Shown here one piece after another: positions 1-12,533 of a stretch of 64,000 nucleotides of DNA; the stretch's first letter is position 1, and each line of letters opens with the position of its first letter. Position numbers and translations under genes: made by a program. Origin of the DNA: Saccostrea echinata (taxonomy: Eukaryota). The notes below the pieces were generated by a model that made no database searches, was not told the DNA's origin, and worked only from the letters and a program-made list of their open reading frames with translations. The stretch lies in NCBI RefSeq assembly GCF_033153115.1, contig NW_026889760.1, positions 1 to 64,000 of the forward strand, read 5' to 3'.

Positions 1-173
1 TATTTGTTGCTCTGTATATAGTTTTGAGGAAATATTACGACATAAAGGGTCTTACTCTGTTATTGTTGTGTATTTATTTTACCACTTACAACCATTCTGT
101 ATTCAACTTTGTACAGTGAATATCTGTATAACAAGTACTCAGTAAGTAAATGTCTGTCTTAACGATGTTTAAG

Positions 174-214
174 AGGCATCTTTTCGAAAAATTTGGGTGG
201 CCGTGATAACGGCC
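174..214 (-). terminator. H4 3' stem-loop (GGCCGT-TATC-ACGGCC) plus histone downstream element GAAAAGATGCCT; repeated at +8242 and +16484
   Basis: 6-bp stem/4-nt loop at 199-214 flanked by AAAC and ACCC; HDE at 174-185. Confidence 0.93.
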
Positions 215-261
215 GTTTGTGTTTGTTTTAAACTTCTGTCTTGACTGTCAAACTGAATTCT

Positions 262-582
<321 letters not shown>

Positions 583-604
583 TCAGCCAGTAGTACTGTT
601 CTGA

Positions 605-750
605 TGAACTGATCATGCGTAATTGCCTAATTTATAGTCCAAATTGAGGACCCGTGAGAGCGCACGATGCTTTGAAAAGTTCGGAACGTTACCAAAGCGG
701 TATTGTGACAAGCTTTACGATTGGTCAGCTTGGCATGATGGGAATGTTTA
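605..750 (-). promoter_or_regulatory. H4 promoter: Inr (TCAGTT), TATA (CTATAAA), GGTCC/TCAAT H4-type element, CCAAT box, ZNF143/Staf-like TTCCCATCATGCC
   Basis: Motifs read directly on the minus strand in the expected order. Confidence 0.7.
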
Positions 751-1883
751 CATTTCTTGCCCCACGGGAATTTTAACCACATTTAATTAATTTTGATTCT
801 TTAATTTCTTCACATATAGGCAAGTTTAGGTTCAATTTATTCACCTAAACCAAAATATTGGTACGTGGAGGTACATATATACATTTTATACAAACTGATA
901 TACAAAAAAAAAAAAAAAACATGACAGAAAATGAATAAAAATGATAAAGAGAGAGAGGGGAATTATATCAAGCAGGACAGACAGCATCATAATTTTTTAG
1001 GATAAACATACACAATTTTTTGTTTTGTTGTTGTTATTTTTTTATTTCAGTATTTTTTGCTTTGAGTTTAACAAAATAAATACCGTTGTTGCCGAATGAT
1101 AATAAAAACGTGTGTGGGTGGGTGGGTGGGGATTAAGTTATTCAAAGGAAAGGGGTGTGACAGATAACACCGAAATAATACAAAATGTAGAAGCTGAATG
1201 AAACTTTTGATTCTCATTCATTTATGATATCTAGTTATAGATGTGATAATTTATTTGATTTCCTCTTTTCTCAGTTAATTTTCAAAGGCAACTTTAAGCA
1301 GTGACCAAACCGGCTTTATAAATGAGCCTTTTTCATTTTATTACACGCCACGTTAGAATGAATATCGTTATATTTGACGTTGTTTAGAAATCAATAAAAA
1401 TCATACTTTGAATATAAATGAAATACGGAATTGCAGTTCTGAAATGCATGTACTCGCATATGTGCATAGCTGTAGAACTAATGAGATAAAGTTGTAATAC
1501 TGTTATTATTTTTTGCTTCGACACATTCCATCATTTTCTATTTAAATAATTGTGCTATTTTCTAATTTATTTCGCAAAATTCTTGAATGTATTCTAGAGG
1601 GGCAGGTTGATGGACTTGTACAAAATATAGTTTCAAGATGTGTAGACAACTTCTACAACTTGATGATGACAATAATACTATGAAATTGTCTAGCATTGTG
1701 CTATGTAATTATATATATGTAAGGCACAGATATATTCACTGAAGGATGTACTGTGTCTCAACATTTTTTTTTTTTTTTTTTTTTTTCAATTTGGGGGCAT
1801 TGTACGCCGAATTTGACAAAATTTATTAATTTCGGCCAAATAATTCAACATTATTTTCAGAGATGTTTCAACGTCTGAACAGA

Positions 1884-1924
1884 AGGCATCTTTTCGAAGA
1901 ATGTAGGTGGCCGTGAAAACGGCC
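1884..1924 (-). terminator. H3 3' stem-loop (GGCCGT-TTTC-ACGGCC) plus HDE GAAAAGATGCCT
   Basis: Stem-loop 1909-1924, HDE 1884-1895. Confidence 0.93.
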
Positions 1925-1956
1925 GTTTGCTTTAGGACTTGAAATACAGCTTAAAA

Positions 1957-2376
<420 letters not shown>

Positions 2377-2934
2377 TCAGATTATTCAAACTCGAATGAA
2401 TGAAGTGGCAGTGTTGCACCGTGAACTTATATATCTTTGTAAGCTCAAGTTGAAAATCGCTGCGGTCTACCAGTCGGCTTAGTCGATTGGCTGGTGCCCG
2501 CAGTAACACTCGCTACGATTAGTCAGGTGAACGAGATGACCATTGGCTACGTCTGTAGGTAGTTTCAATCCACAGAATTGCCCCAAAAGAAAAAGAAAAT
2601 CAAGTCGGTTTTTGACACATGATTTCACTGCAGATACATATAGTCAAATATTTTTTTTAAAAATATATATATGGTGAATAATGGGGATGAATGTAACGTC
2701 AATTGAATAGAAAATAGAATTATTTATTATATATATACATATATTTTCAATTCGTTATTGAAGCAAAATGCATTTTCGAAAAATATATATTATATATTTC
2801 TTGTCATTATTTCCTCCTACCATTATCTGAACAAGCCCAGTAATATTACTAAGTATCATGATACTTGCAGATAATCAGAATGGTGCATATAGGATGAACA
2901 GGAATTACCCTGTTGCAAAAACAAGAACAAAACA

Positions 2935-3045
2935 AATAATACAAATAAATGAATAATTAATTAAATGAATGAATAATTAAATAAATGAATGAATGAATGA
3001 ATGAATAAATGAAAAGAATAAATAAATGAAAAGAATAAGAATGTA
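2935..3045. repeat. (AAAT)n/(GAAT)n microsatellite next to the N block (in each unit)
   Basis: Read directly. Confidence 0.85.
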
Positions 3046-3102
3046 TGTATCTGTCTTTCAAAAGGTACGCATGAACTTTTATTCCATTCGTTCCACATTT
3101 GA

Positions 3103-3377
3103 NNNNNNNNNNNNNNNNNNNNNNNNNNNNNNNNNNNNNNNNNNNNNNNNNNNNNNNNNNNNNNNNNNNNNNNNNNNNNNNNNNNNNNNNNNNNNNNNNN
3201 NNNNNNNNNNNNNNNNNNNNNNNNNNNNNNNNNNNNNNNNNNNNNNNNNNNNNNNNNNNNNNNNNNNNNNNNNNNNNNNNNNNNNNNNNNNNNNNNNNNN
3301 NNNNNNNNNNNNNNNNNNNNNNNNNNNNNNNNNNNNNNNNNNNNNNNNNNNNNNNNNNNNNNNNNNNNNNNNNNNNN
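3103..3377. other. 275-nt N block between H1 and H3 (unit 1)
   Basis: Run of N. Confidence 0.99.
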
Positions 3378-3633
3378 TAACACTAATAATAATGGCCATA
3401 TAGTTAGCGTAGGCGTTGTGATGTGGAAAAAGTAAAATTTTATTTACTTGAGGGAGGGTATGTAAACAAATTAAAAACTGACTTTTGTTTCTTCTTCTTC
3501 TCAGAAACAGCATGTTAATATTATCATGACTTTGCAATTTGCTTCCAGTCGAAGACAAATAAACTATGTGTAATAGGTAAGTGTACTTCTTGTTTATTCA
3601 TTTTGTGTTTCCATTAGTACATGTATGTAATAG

Positions 3634-3674
3634 AGGCATCTTTTCTAAAAATGTTGGTAGCCCTGAAAAGGGCT
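3634..3674 (-). terminator. H1 3' stem-loop (AGCCCT-TTTC-AGGGCT) plus HDE GAAAAGATGCCT
   Basis: Stem-loop 3659-3674, HDE 3634-3645. Confidence 0.93.
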
Positions 3675-3703
3675 TTTGTAATTGGTTTAAGACAATTGGC
3701 AGT

Positions 3704-4291
3704 CTACGCCTTGGTGGCTTTCTTTGGGGTTTTTGACTTCTTGGCTGTGGCTTTCTTGGGCGCTTTGGTTTTCGTAGGCTTTGGAGCTGCCTTGGCTTTC
3801 TTGGGAGACTTAGTAGCTGCTTTCTTCTTGGGAGACTTGGCCTTCTTGGGTGCTGCAGGTTTCTTAACAGCCTTTTTCTTTTCTGTTGGCTTTTTCTCCC
3901 CGGTTGTCTTCTTGGGTTTGGTCGTTTTCTTGGGCTTGGCAGCCTTAGGTTTGGTGACTTTTTTGGTCTTGGGTTTCTTCTCCGTCTTGGGCTTCTCTCC
4001 CAGCTTGAAGGAACCACTGGCACCTGTACCCTTGGCCTGTTTGAGAACTCCCTTCTTGACTCCGTTCTTGAGGGCCATCTTCAGATGGGTGTTGACACTA
4101 GAGGCGTCATTACCGACTTTGTAGTTGCCCATGATGTACTTGAGAATAGCTTGTCTCGAGGAACCTCCGCGCTCCTTCAGGGCAGCCACAGCAGCGCTGA
4201 TCATCTCGATGTACTTGGGATGGGCGGGGACCGTCTTGGGTTTGGAAACCTTCTTCTTGGCGGGGGATTTTGCTGGTGCGGCGTCTGCCAT
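3704..4291 (-). CDS. H1: Linker histone H1 (195 aa; H1.0/H5/H1-delta-like globular domain)
   Basis: HPKY..MI...LKERGGSSRQAILKYI...YKVG...KGTGASGSFKL plus K/A/P-rich tail; true ATG (MADAAPAK) at 4291, downstream of cap and TATA-like signals. Confidence 0.97.
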   Translation of the reverse strand: MADAAPAKSPAKKKVSKPKTVPAHPKYIEMISAAVAALKERGGSSRQAILKYIMGNYKVGNDASSVNTHLKMALKNGVKKGVLKQAKGTGASGSFKLGEKPKTEKKPKTKKVTKPKAAKPKKTTKPKKTTGEKKPTEKKKAVKKPAAPKKAKSPKKKAATKSPKKAKAAPKPTKTKAPKKATAKKSKTPKKATKA

Positions 4292-4344
4292 AATTTTTTT
4301 GTCCTGTTTTCTACAACTGATGTGAACGACGTTATCGACGATAA

Positions 4345-4464
4345 GGAAATGAATGAAATCACCTCCGCCGATGGCCTTATTTGAGTGGCGGCGAGCGCGG
4401 ACCTCCGTGAAAACTCCCCAATTGTCGAGAGCGTAGAGGATTGAACTCGTCAAACTTTGTGTTT
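4345..4464 (-). promoter_or_regulatory. H1 promoter: cap box TCATTC, TATA-like CAAATAA, GGAGGTCCG (H4-box-like), H1 box AAACACA (4458-4464)
   Basis: Motifs read on the minus strand upstream of the ATG at 4291. Confidence 0.75.
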
Positions 4465-6352
4465 CAATACCTGTTATTTTTCCGATTTTGTCCTCCCAAT
4501 TTTACTTAATTTTCTCAAATATGTCACTGTGCGTTTTCTTGAAATAATTTCCTACATAACTGTTTTTGTTTAAGGTTCTTAATCTGTCATTTTAAAGGAG
4601 GAATTGTCTGTTGATTCTGAAAATGCGCTGTTCCCTGGAGCCCAGAAGCGACTAATTTTGATTAAAACACGAAAACAAGAGGAATAGAACACGAGTAAGG
4701 GATTGAAGTACTTACTACATTGCTATGTGATAAAACATACATGTACATTTCTTTCAATTGTCTTCTATGTTACTTAAAATCCGAATGAAAATGCAAACAT
4801 TCGGCACAAACACGCGCACAATGGATAGTGATGTGTGCCTTGCATTTCATATGAAATGGAGAGAGAGAGAAAAAAAAACAATCAAACAAAAGGGTCATAT
4901 GAAGGGAAATCACGGAATCTCACAAATTGTTGAATGTTCAAATATATATCTAATATACTTTCTAGATCAGTGGATGTTCACCCCCTTAAAGGGACAACAT
5001 ATAATTTCTTTTCGAATATTTAAATACATGACACCTACTTTATAATTATAACACCGAGGACACCGGAAAGATCCAGACCGTACGTAACGTACCACATTCG
5101 GTGGTACAACGTCTGAATTTCTCAGTATAATTATATCATAAGAATATACATAACTGACATCCTTGTAAATTACATGAAAAAAAAAAATCACATAAAAAGG
5201 GCGTGTATTTAATAATTGTAGAACACTCACTTAATTAGTAGTTATACATAAGAGAGAGACAGAGAGAGACGAACAAGGCGAATAATGGGAGTAGCTTATT
5301 CATTGATATTAATTTGTTTCTTGTAATTTACACACACAAATAATTGAGTACATGTAAATAAACAGAATGTGGTCAAAAGCCAATGTATTTAAAATCTATA
5401 TCTTTCAAGTTGAACAAGACAACCAGTATATAATACAAGACAATACAATACATTGATAGAAGCATCAAATTGGTTGCACACTTTCCACGTGCAGATCATG
5501 ATTCCCTGCATCTATATGTCACGTGACGATGCAGATGTGCTGCACGGCGCAGTGATGGACATCGCAATAAATGTAAAGTGTTGAAAAAAATGTCGTTTAG
5601 TCATTCGCATCGGTAGTCTATTCGAAAGAAAATTTACTACCAGTTTTTAATTGTGTTAGTACTGTAAGTATCCGGAAACTGGCATCGAGTTGCTTTTATT
5701 CACTCTTATTATGGGAAGCACACTTTTTTGAATAAGAACATTCAAGACATAATATAAACCACATCTTCTTATTCTTATGAGATTCTTATATTCATAACTT
5801 TTATCTATTTTTATCAATTAGGAATTTTGTCTAAATAATCATCATATAAAACAATAGCGAGGGGGAAAAAAAAAGAAACATTAAGGATTTAACTGGAGTT
5901 ACAGATCTTTTGAATATGTTAATAAAATAATGATCATATTTAAAAATATTTGTATCAAAGGAAAAAAATTGAAAGTTAGATCGCCATGTTAGATGATTTT
6001 CGCAGTTTCTAGTCTTAATTGGTCAATGAAATGGGTTTTTTTTTTTCTTATCTCTTTGTTGAGTGAGCATTCAAGTAATACGTGAGAATTCAACATTTGT
6101 ACGCAGGCCTATAAGGTTTGGATTCAACTGCCTATAACGAGAAAGAAAAAAACGTACATATACGAATATACATGCGAGTCAATTTTAAAATTTATTGCTT
6201 TTGTTATTAACTTAATACATTTATTTATCATTAAATATATAACACTTTCTTTGATGTTTGATCTCTGTTCTGTGTTGAAAATTATTGAATTCGTGTGTTT
6301 CTATTATTTTCTAGCTATAATAATTGTTTACGTTTCAACTCGTTTGTAATGT

Positions 6353-6393
6353 AGGTATCTTTTCGAAAAGCTTATGTGGCCGTGAAAACGGCC
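6353..6393 (-). terminator. H2A 3' stem-loop (GGCCGT-TTTC-ACGGCC) plus HDE GAAAAGATACCT
   Basis: Stem-loop 6378-6393, HDE 6353-6364. Confidence 0.93.
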
Positions 6394-6434
6394 GTTTGGT
6401 TTTGTGCTGCACACAACACAACTATAGGATCTTT

Positions 6435-7067
<633 letters not shown>

Positions 7068-7439
7068 ATGCCACCCAAAGTCGGATCCAAAGGCGCCAAG
7101 AAAGCAGTCACCAAGGCCAAGACACCGAGGAGCACAGACAAGAAAAGGAGGAAGAGGAGGAGGGAATCTTATGCCATTTACATCTACAAAGTCCTAAAGC
7201 AGGTGCACCCTGACACTGGTGTTTCCAGCAAGGCCATGAGCATAATGAACTCCTTCGTCAACGATATCTTTGAGAGAATCGCTGCCGAAGCCTCTCGTTT
7301 GGCCCACTACAACAAGCGATCTACAATCACAAGCAGAGAGGTCCAGACTGCTGTCCGTCTCCTTCTGCCCGGTGAACTGGCCAAGCACGCCGTATCTGAG
7401 GGCACCAAAGCCGTCACCAAGTACACCAGCAGCAAATAA
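7068..7439 (+). CDS. H2B: Histone H2B (123 aa)
   Basis: MPPKVGSK...[21 protein letters not shown]...[10 protein letters not shown]; ATG at 7068. Confidence 0.99.
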   Translation: MPPKVGSKGAKKAVTKAKTPRSTDKKRRKRRRESYAIYIYKVLKQVHPDTGVSSKAMSIMNSFVNDIFERIAAEASRLAHYNKRSTITSREVQTAVRLLLPGELAKHAVSEGTKAVTKYTSSK

Positions 7440-7467
7440 TCTCATTTTGCAAGTACACACACCAAAC

Positions 7468-7508
7468 GGCCCTTTTAAGGGCCAACTAATTTTTAAGAAA
7501 AGATACCT
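7468..7508 (+). terminator. H2B 3' stem-loop (GGCCCT-TTTA-AGGGCC) plus HDE GAAAAGATACCT
   Basis: Stem-loop 7468-7483, HDE 7497-7508. Confidence 0.95.
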
Positions 7509-8503
7509 TCATATTACATGCGTTATTGAGACACAAATAATATGTGTGAGTGTTACAATGTGAATGCATGTGCTCGTAAAAGTGGCAAACGTATAAAAAT
7601 CCCACATTGTTTACAACTGATTATAATAACAGAAGTAGGATAAATAAAGAAATACAAGTAGGTATTATTATATGTATGAGAGCCAAATTTTATTCACAAA
7701 TAACTTGAATGTACAACCAAGCATATATCTAAAATAACTGTATCTTCAAATATAAATAAAATACAAGCATGCGAGGTCCATCTGATGTACACAAAATCCT
7801 GGTTCATTTGTCCTCTGTATACTGAATTAATTATCAGCGTACATTATATAATTGATAATAAAGTATCTCAATTCAGCTAATATCAATGAAACAGATAAAT
7901 AAATTCAAGACCCCCCCCCCTCCCCTTTCTTTGACATTGACATATTGGAATTTTCAATCAGTAATTATACATCAATAAAAGTGCAATGACCAAAATGCGA
8001 TAATTATACATTGACAATTAATTGTCTAACATTAGTCATAATTGTTAAACAAGAAAAAAAAAGCATGTCACTCAGCGCCAGTTGGTACCTGTCATTGTCG
8101 GTAGATCGATCCCTCAAAATAATACTCAAGACAGCAGCATTATTATTTTAATATATGATTATAATAATAAAAAAAATTAAATAATATATACTGTTTGTGT
8201 GTGTTTATTCAATATTTCTTGTCCAAACCTAAATTCAATACATATTTGTTGCTCTGTATATAGTTTTGAGGAAATATTACGACATAAAGGGTCTTACTCT
8301 GTTATTGTTGTGTATTTATTTTACCACTTACAACCATTCTGTATTCAACTTTGTACAGTGAATATCTGTATAACAAGTACTCAGTAAGTAAATGTCTGTC
8401 TTAACGATGTTTAAGAGGCATCTTTTCGAAAAATTTGGGTGGCCGTGATAACGGCCGTTTGTGTTTGTTTTAAACTTCTGTCTTGACTGTCAAACTGAAT
8501 TCT

Positions 8504-8824
<321 letters not shown>

Positions 8825-10198
8825 TCAGCCAGTAGTACTGTTCTGATGAACTGATCATGCGTAATTGCCTAATTTATAGTCCAAATTGAGGACCCGTGAG
8901 AGCGCACGATGCTTTGAAAAGTTCGGAACGTTACCAAAGCGGTATTGTGACAAGCTTTACGATTGGTCAGCTTGGCATGATGGGAATGTTTACATTTCTT
9001 GCCCCACGGGAATTTTAACCACATTTAATTAATTTTGATTCTTTAATTTCTTCACATATAGGCAAGTTTAGGTTCAATTTATTCACCTAAACCAAAATAT
9101 TGGTACGTGGAGGTACATATATACATTTTATACAAACTGATATACAAAAAAAAAAAAAAAACATGACAGAAAATGAATAAAAATGATAAAGAGAGAGAGG
9201 GGAATTATATCAAGCAGGACAGACAGCATCATAATTTTTTAGGATAAACATACACAATTTTTTGTTTTGTTGTTGTTATTTTTTTATTTCAGTATTTTTT
9301 GCTTTGAGTTTAACAAAATAAATACCGTTGTTGCCGAATGATAATAAAAACGTGTGTGGGTGGGTGGGTGGGGATTAAGTTATTCAAAGGAAAGGGGTGT
9401 GACAGATAACACCGAAATAATACAAAATGTAGAAGCTGAATGAAACTTTTGATTCTCATTCATTTATGATATCTAGTTATAGATGTGATAATTTATTTGA
9501 TTTCCTCTTTTCTCAGTTAATTTTCAAAGGCAACTTTAAGCAGTGACCAAACCGGCTTTATAAATGAGCCTTTTTCATTTTATTACACGCCACGTTAGAA
9601 TGAATATCGTTATATTTGACGTTGTTTAGAAATCAATAAAAATCATACTTTGAATATAAATGAAATACGGAATTGCAGTTCTGAAATGCATGTACTCGCA
9701 TATGTGCATAGCTGTAGAACTAATGAGATAAAGTTGTAATACTGTTATTATTTTTTGCTTCGACACATTCCATCATTTTCTATTTAAATAATTGTGCTAT
9801 TTTCTAATTTATTTCGCAAAATTCTTGAATGTATTCTAGAGGGGCAGGTTGATGGACTTGTACAAAATATAGTTTCAAGATGTGTAGACAACTTCTACAA
9901 CTTGATGATGACAATAATACTATGAAATTGTCTAGCATTGTGCTATGTAATTATATATATGTAAGGCACAGATATATTCACTGAAGGATGTACTGTGTCT
10001 CAACATTTTTTTTTTTTTTTTTTTTTTTCAATTTGGGGGCATTGTACGCCGAATTTGACAAAATTTATTAATTTCGGCCAAATAATTCAACATTATTTTC
10101 AGAGATGTTTCAACGTCTGAACAGAAGGCATCTTTTCGAAGAATGTAGGTGGCCGTGAAAACGGCCGTTTGCTTTAGGACTTGAAATACAGCTTAAAA

Positions 10199-10618
<420 letters not shown>

Positions 10619-11344
10619 TCAGATTATTCAAACTCGAATGAATGAAGTGGCAGTGTTGCACCGTGAACTTATATATCTTTGTAAGCTCAAGTTGAAAATC
10701 GCTGCGGTCTACCAGTCGGCTTAGTCGATTGGCTGGTGCCCGCAGTAACACTCGCTACGATTAGTCAGGTGAACGAGATGACCATTGGCTACGTCTGTAG
10801 GTAGTTTCAATCCACAGAATTGCCCCAAAAGAAAAAGAAAATCAAGTCGGTTTTTGACACATGATTTCACTGCAGATACATATAGTCAAATATTTTTTTT
10901 AAAAATATATATATGGTGAATAATGGGGATGAATGTAACGTCAATTGAATAGAAAATAGAATTATTTATTATATATATACATATATTTTCAATTCGTTAT
11001 TGAAGCAAAATGCATTTTCGAAAAATATATATTATATATTTCTTGTCATTATTTCCTCCTACCATTATCTGAACAAGCCCAGTAATATTACTAAGTATCA
11101 TGATACTTGCAGATAATCAGAATGGTGCATATAGGATGAACAGGAATTACCCTGTTGCAAAAACAAGAACAAAACAAATAATACAAATAAATGAATAATT
11201 AATTAAATGAATGAATAATTAAATAAATGAATGAATGAATGAATGAATAAATGAAAAGAATAAATAAATGAAAAGAATAAGAATGTATGTATCTGTCTTT
11301 CAAAAGGTACGCATGAACTTTTATTCCATTCGTTCCACATTTGA

Positions 11345-11619
11345 NNNNNNNNNNNNNNNNNNNNNNNNNNNNNNNNNNNNNNNNNNNNNNNNNNNNNNNN
11401 NNNNNNNNNNNNNNNNNNNNNNNNNNNNNNNNNNNNNNNNNNNNNNNNNNNNNNNNNNNNNNNNNNNNNNNNNNNNNNNNNNNNNNNNNNNNNNNNNNNN
11501 NNNNNNNNNNNNNNNNNNNNNNNNNNNNNNNNNNNNNNNNNNNNNNNNNNNNNNNNNNNNNNNNNNNNNNNNNNNNNNNNNNNNNNNNNNNNNNNNNNNN
11601 NNNNNNNNNNNNNNNNNNN
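11345..11619. other. 275-nt N block (unit 2)
   Basis: Run of N, same length and flanks. Confidence 0.99.
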
Positions 11620-11945
11620 TAACACTAATAATAATGGCCATATAGTTAGCGTAGGCGTTGTGATGTGGAAAAAGTAAAATTTTATTTACTTGAGGGAGGG
11701 TATGTAAACAAATTAAAAACTGACTTTTGTTTCTTCTTCTTCTCAGAAACAGCATGTTAATATTATCATGACTTTGCAATTTGCTTCCAGTCGAAGACAA
11801 ATAAACTATGTGTAATAGGTAAGTGTACTTCTTGTTTATTCATTTTGTGTTTCCATTAGTACATGTATGTAATAGAGGCATCTTTTCTAAAAATGTTGGT
11901 AGCCCTGAAAAGGGCTTTTGTAATTGGTTTAAGACAATTGGCAGT

Positions 11946-12533
11946 CTACGCCTTGGTGGCTTTCTTTGGGGTTTTTGACTTCTTGGCTGTGGCTTTCTTG
12001 GGCGCTTTGGTTTTCGTAGGCTTTGGAGCTGCCTTGGCTTTCTTGGGAGACTTAGTAGCTGCTTTCTTCTTGGGAGACTTGGCCTTCTTGGGTGCTGCAG
12101 GTTTCTTAACAGCCTTTTTCTTTTCTGTTGGCTTTTTCTCCCCGGTTGTCTTCTTGGGTTTGGTCGTTTTCTTGGGCTTGGCAGCCTTAGGTTTGGTGAC
12201 TTTTTTGGTCTTGGGTTTCTTCTCCGTCTTGGGCTTCTCTCCCAGCTTGAAGGAACCACTGGCACCTGTACCCTTGGCCTGTTTGAGAACTCCCTTCTTG
12301 ACTCCGTTCTTGAGGGCCATCTTCAGATGGGTGTTGACACTAGAGGCGTCATTACCGACTTTGTAGTTGCCCATGATGTACTTGAGAATAGCTTGTCTCG
12401 AGGAACCTCCGCGCTCCTTCAGGGCAGCCACAGCAGCGCTGATCATCTCGATGTACTTGGGATGGGCGGGGACCGTCTTGGGTTTGGAAACCTTCTTCTT
12501 GGCGGGGGATTTTGCTGGTGCGGCGTCTGCCAT
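11946..12533 (-). CDS. H1: Histone H1 (unit 2)
   Basis: Same protein as 3704-4291. Confidence 0.97.
   Translation of the reverse strand: MADAAPAKSPAKKKVSKPKTVPAHPKYIEMISAAVAALKERGGSSRQAILKYIMGNYKVGNDASSVNTHLKMALKNGVKKGVLKQAKGTGASGSFKLGEKPKTEKKPKTKKVTKPKAAKPKKTTKPKKTTGEKKPTEKKKAVKKPAAPKKAKSPKKKAATKSPKKAKAAPKPTKTKAPKKATAKKSKTPKKATKA

Noticed and set aside
174-214. Plus strand of the H4 3' end looks U7-like (HDE complement, AAATTTG, hairpin)
   Set aside because: An automatic consequence of reading the processing signal antisense; no promoter evidence
1681-1705. AAATTGTCTAG plus a short hairpin resembling the U7 Sm site
   Set aside because: No HDE-complementary sequence upstream, and the hairpin is only 5 bp
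2961-3558. ORFs running through the N block
   Set aside because: Open only because N codons contain no stops
4292-4453. 54-aa N-terminal extension of H1 (and the 7-aa extension of H2B) in the ORF track
   Set aside because: They start at non-ATG codons; the H1 extension runs through the promoter and cap site
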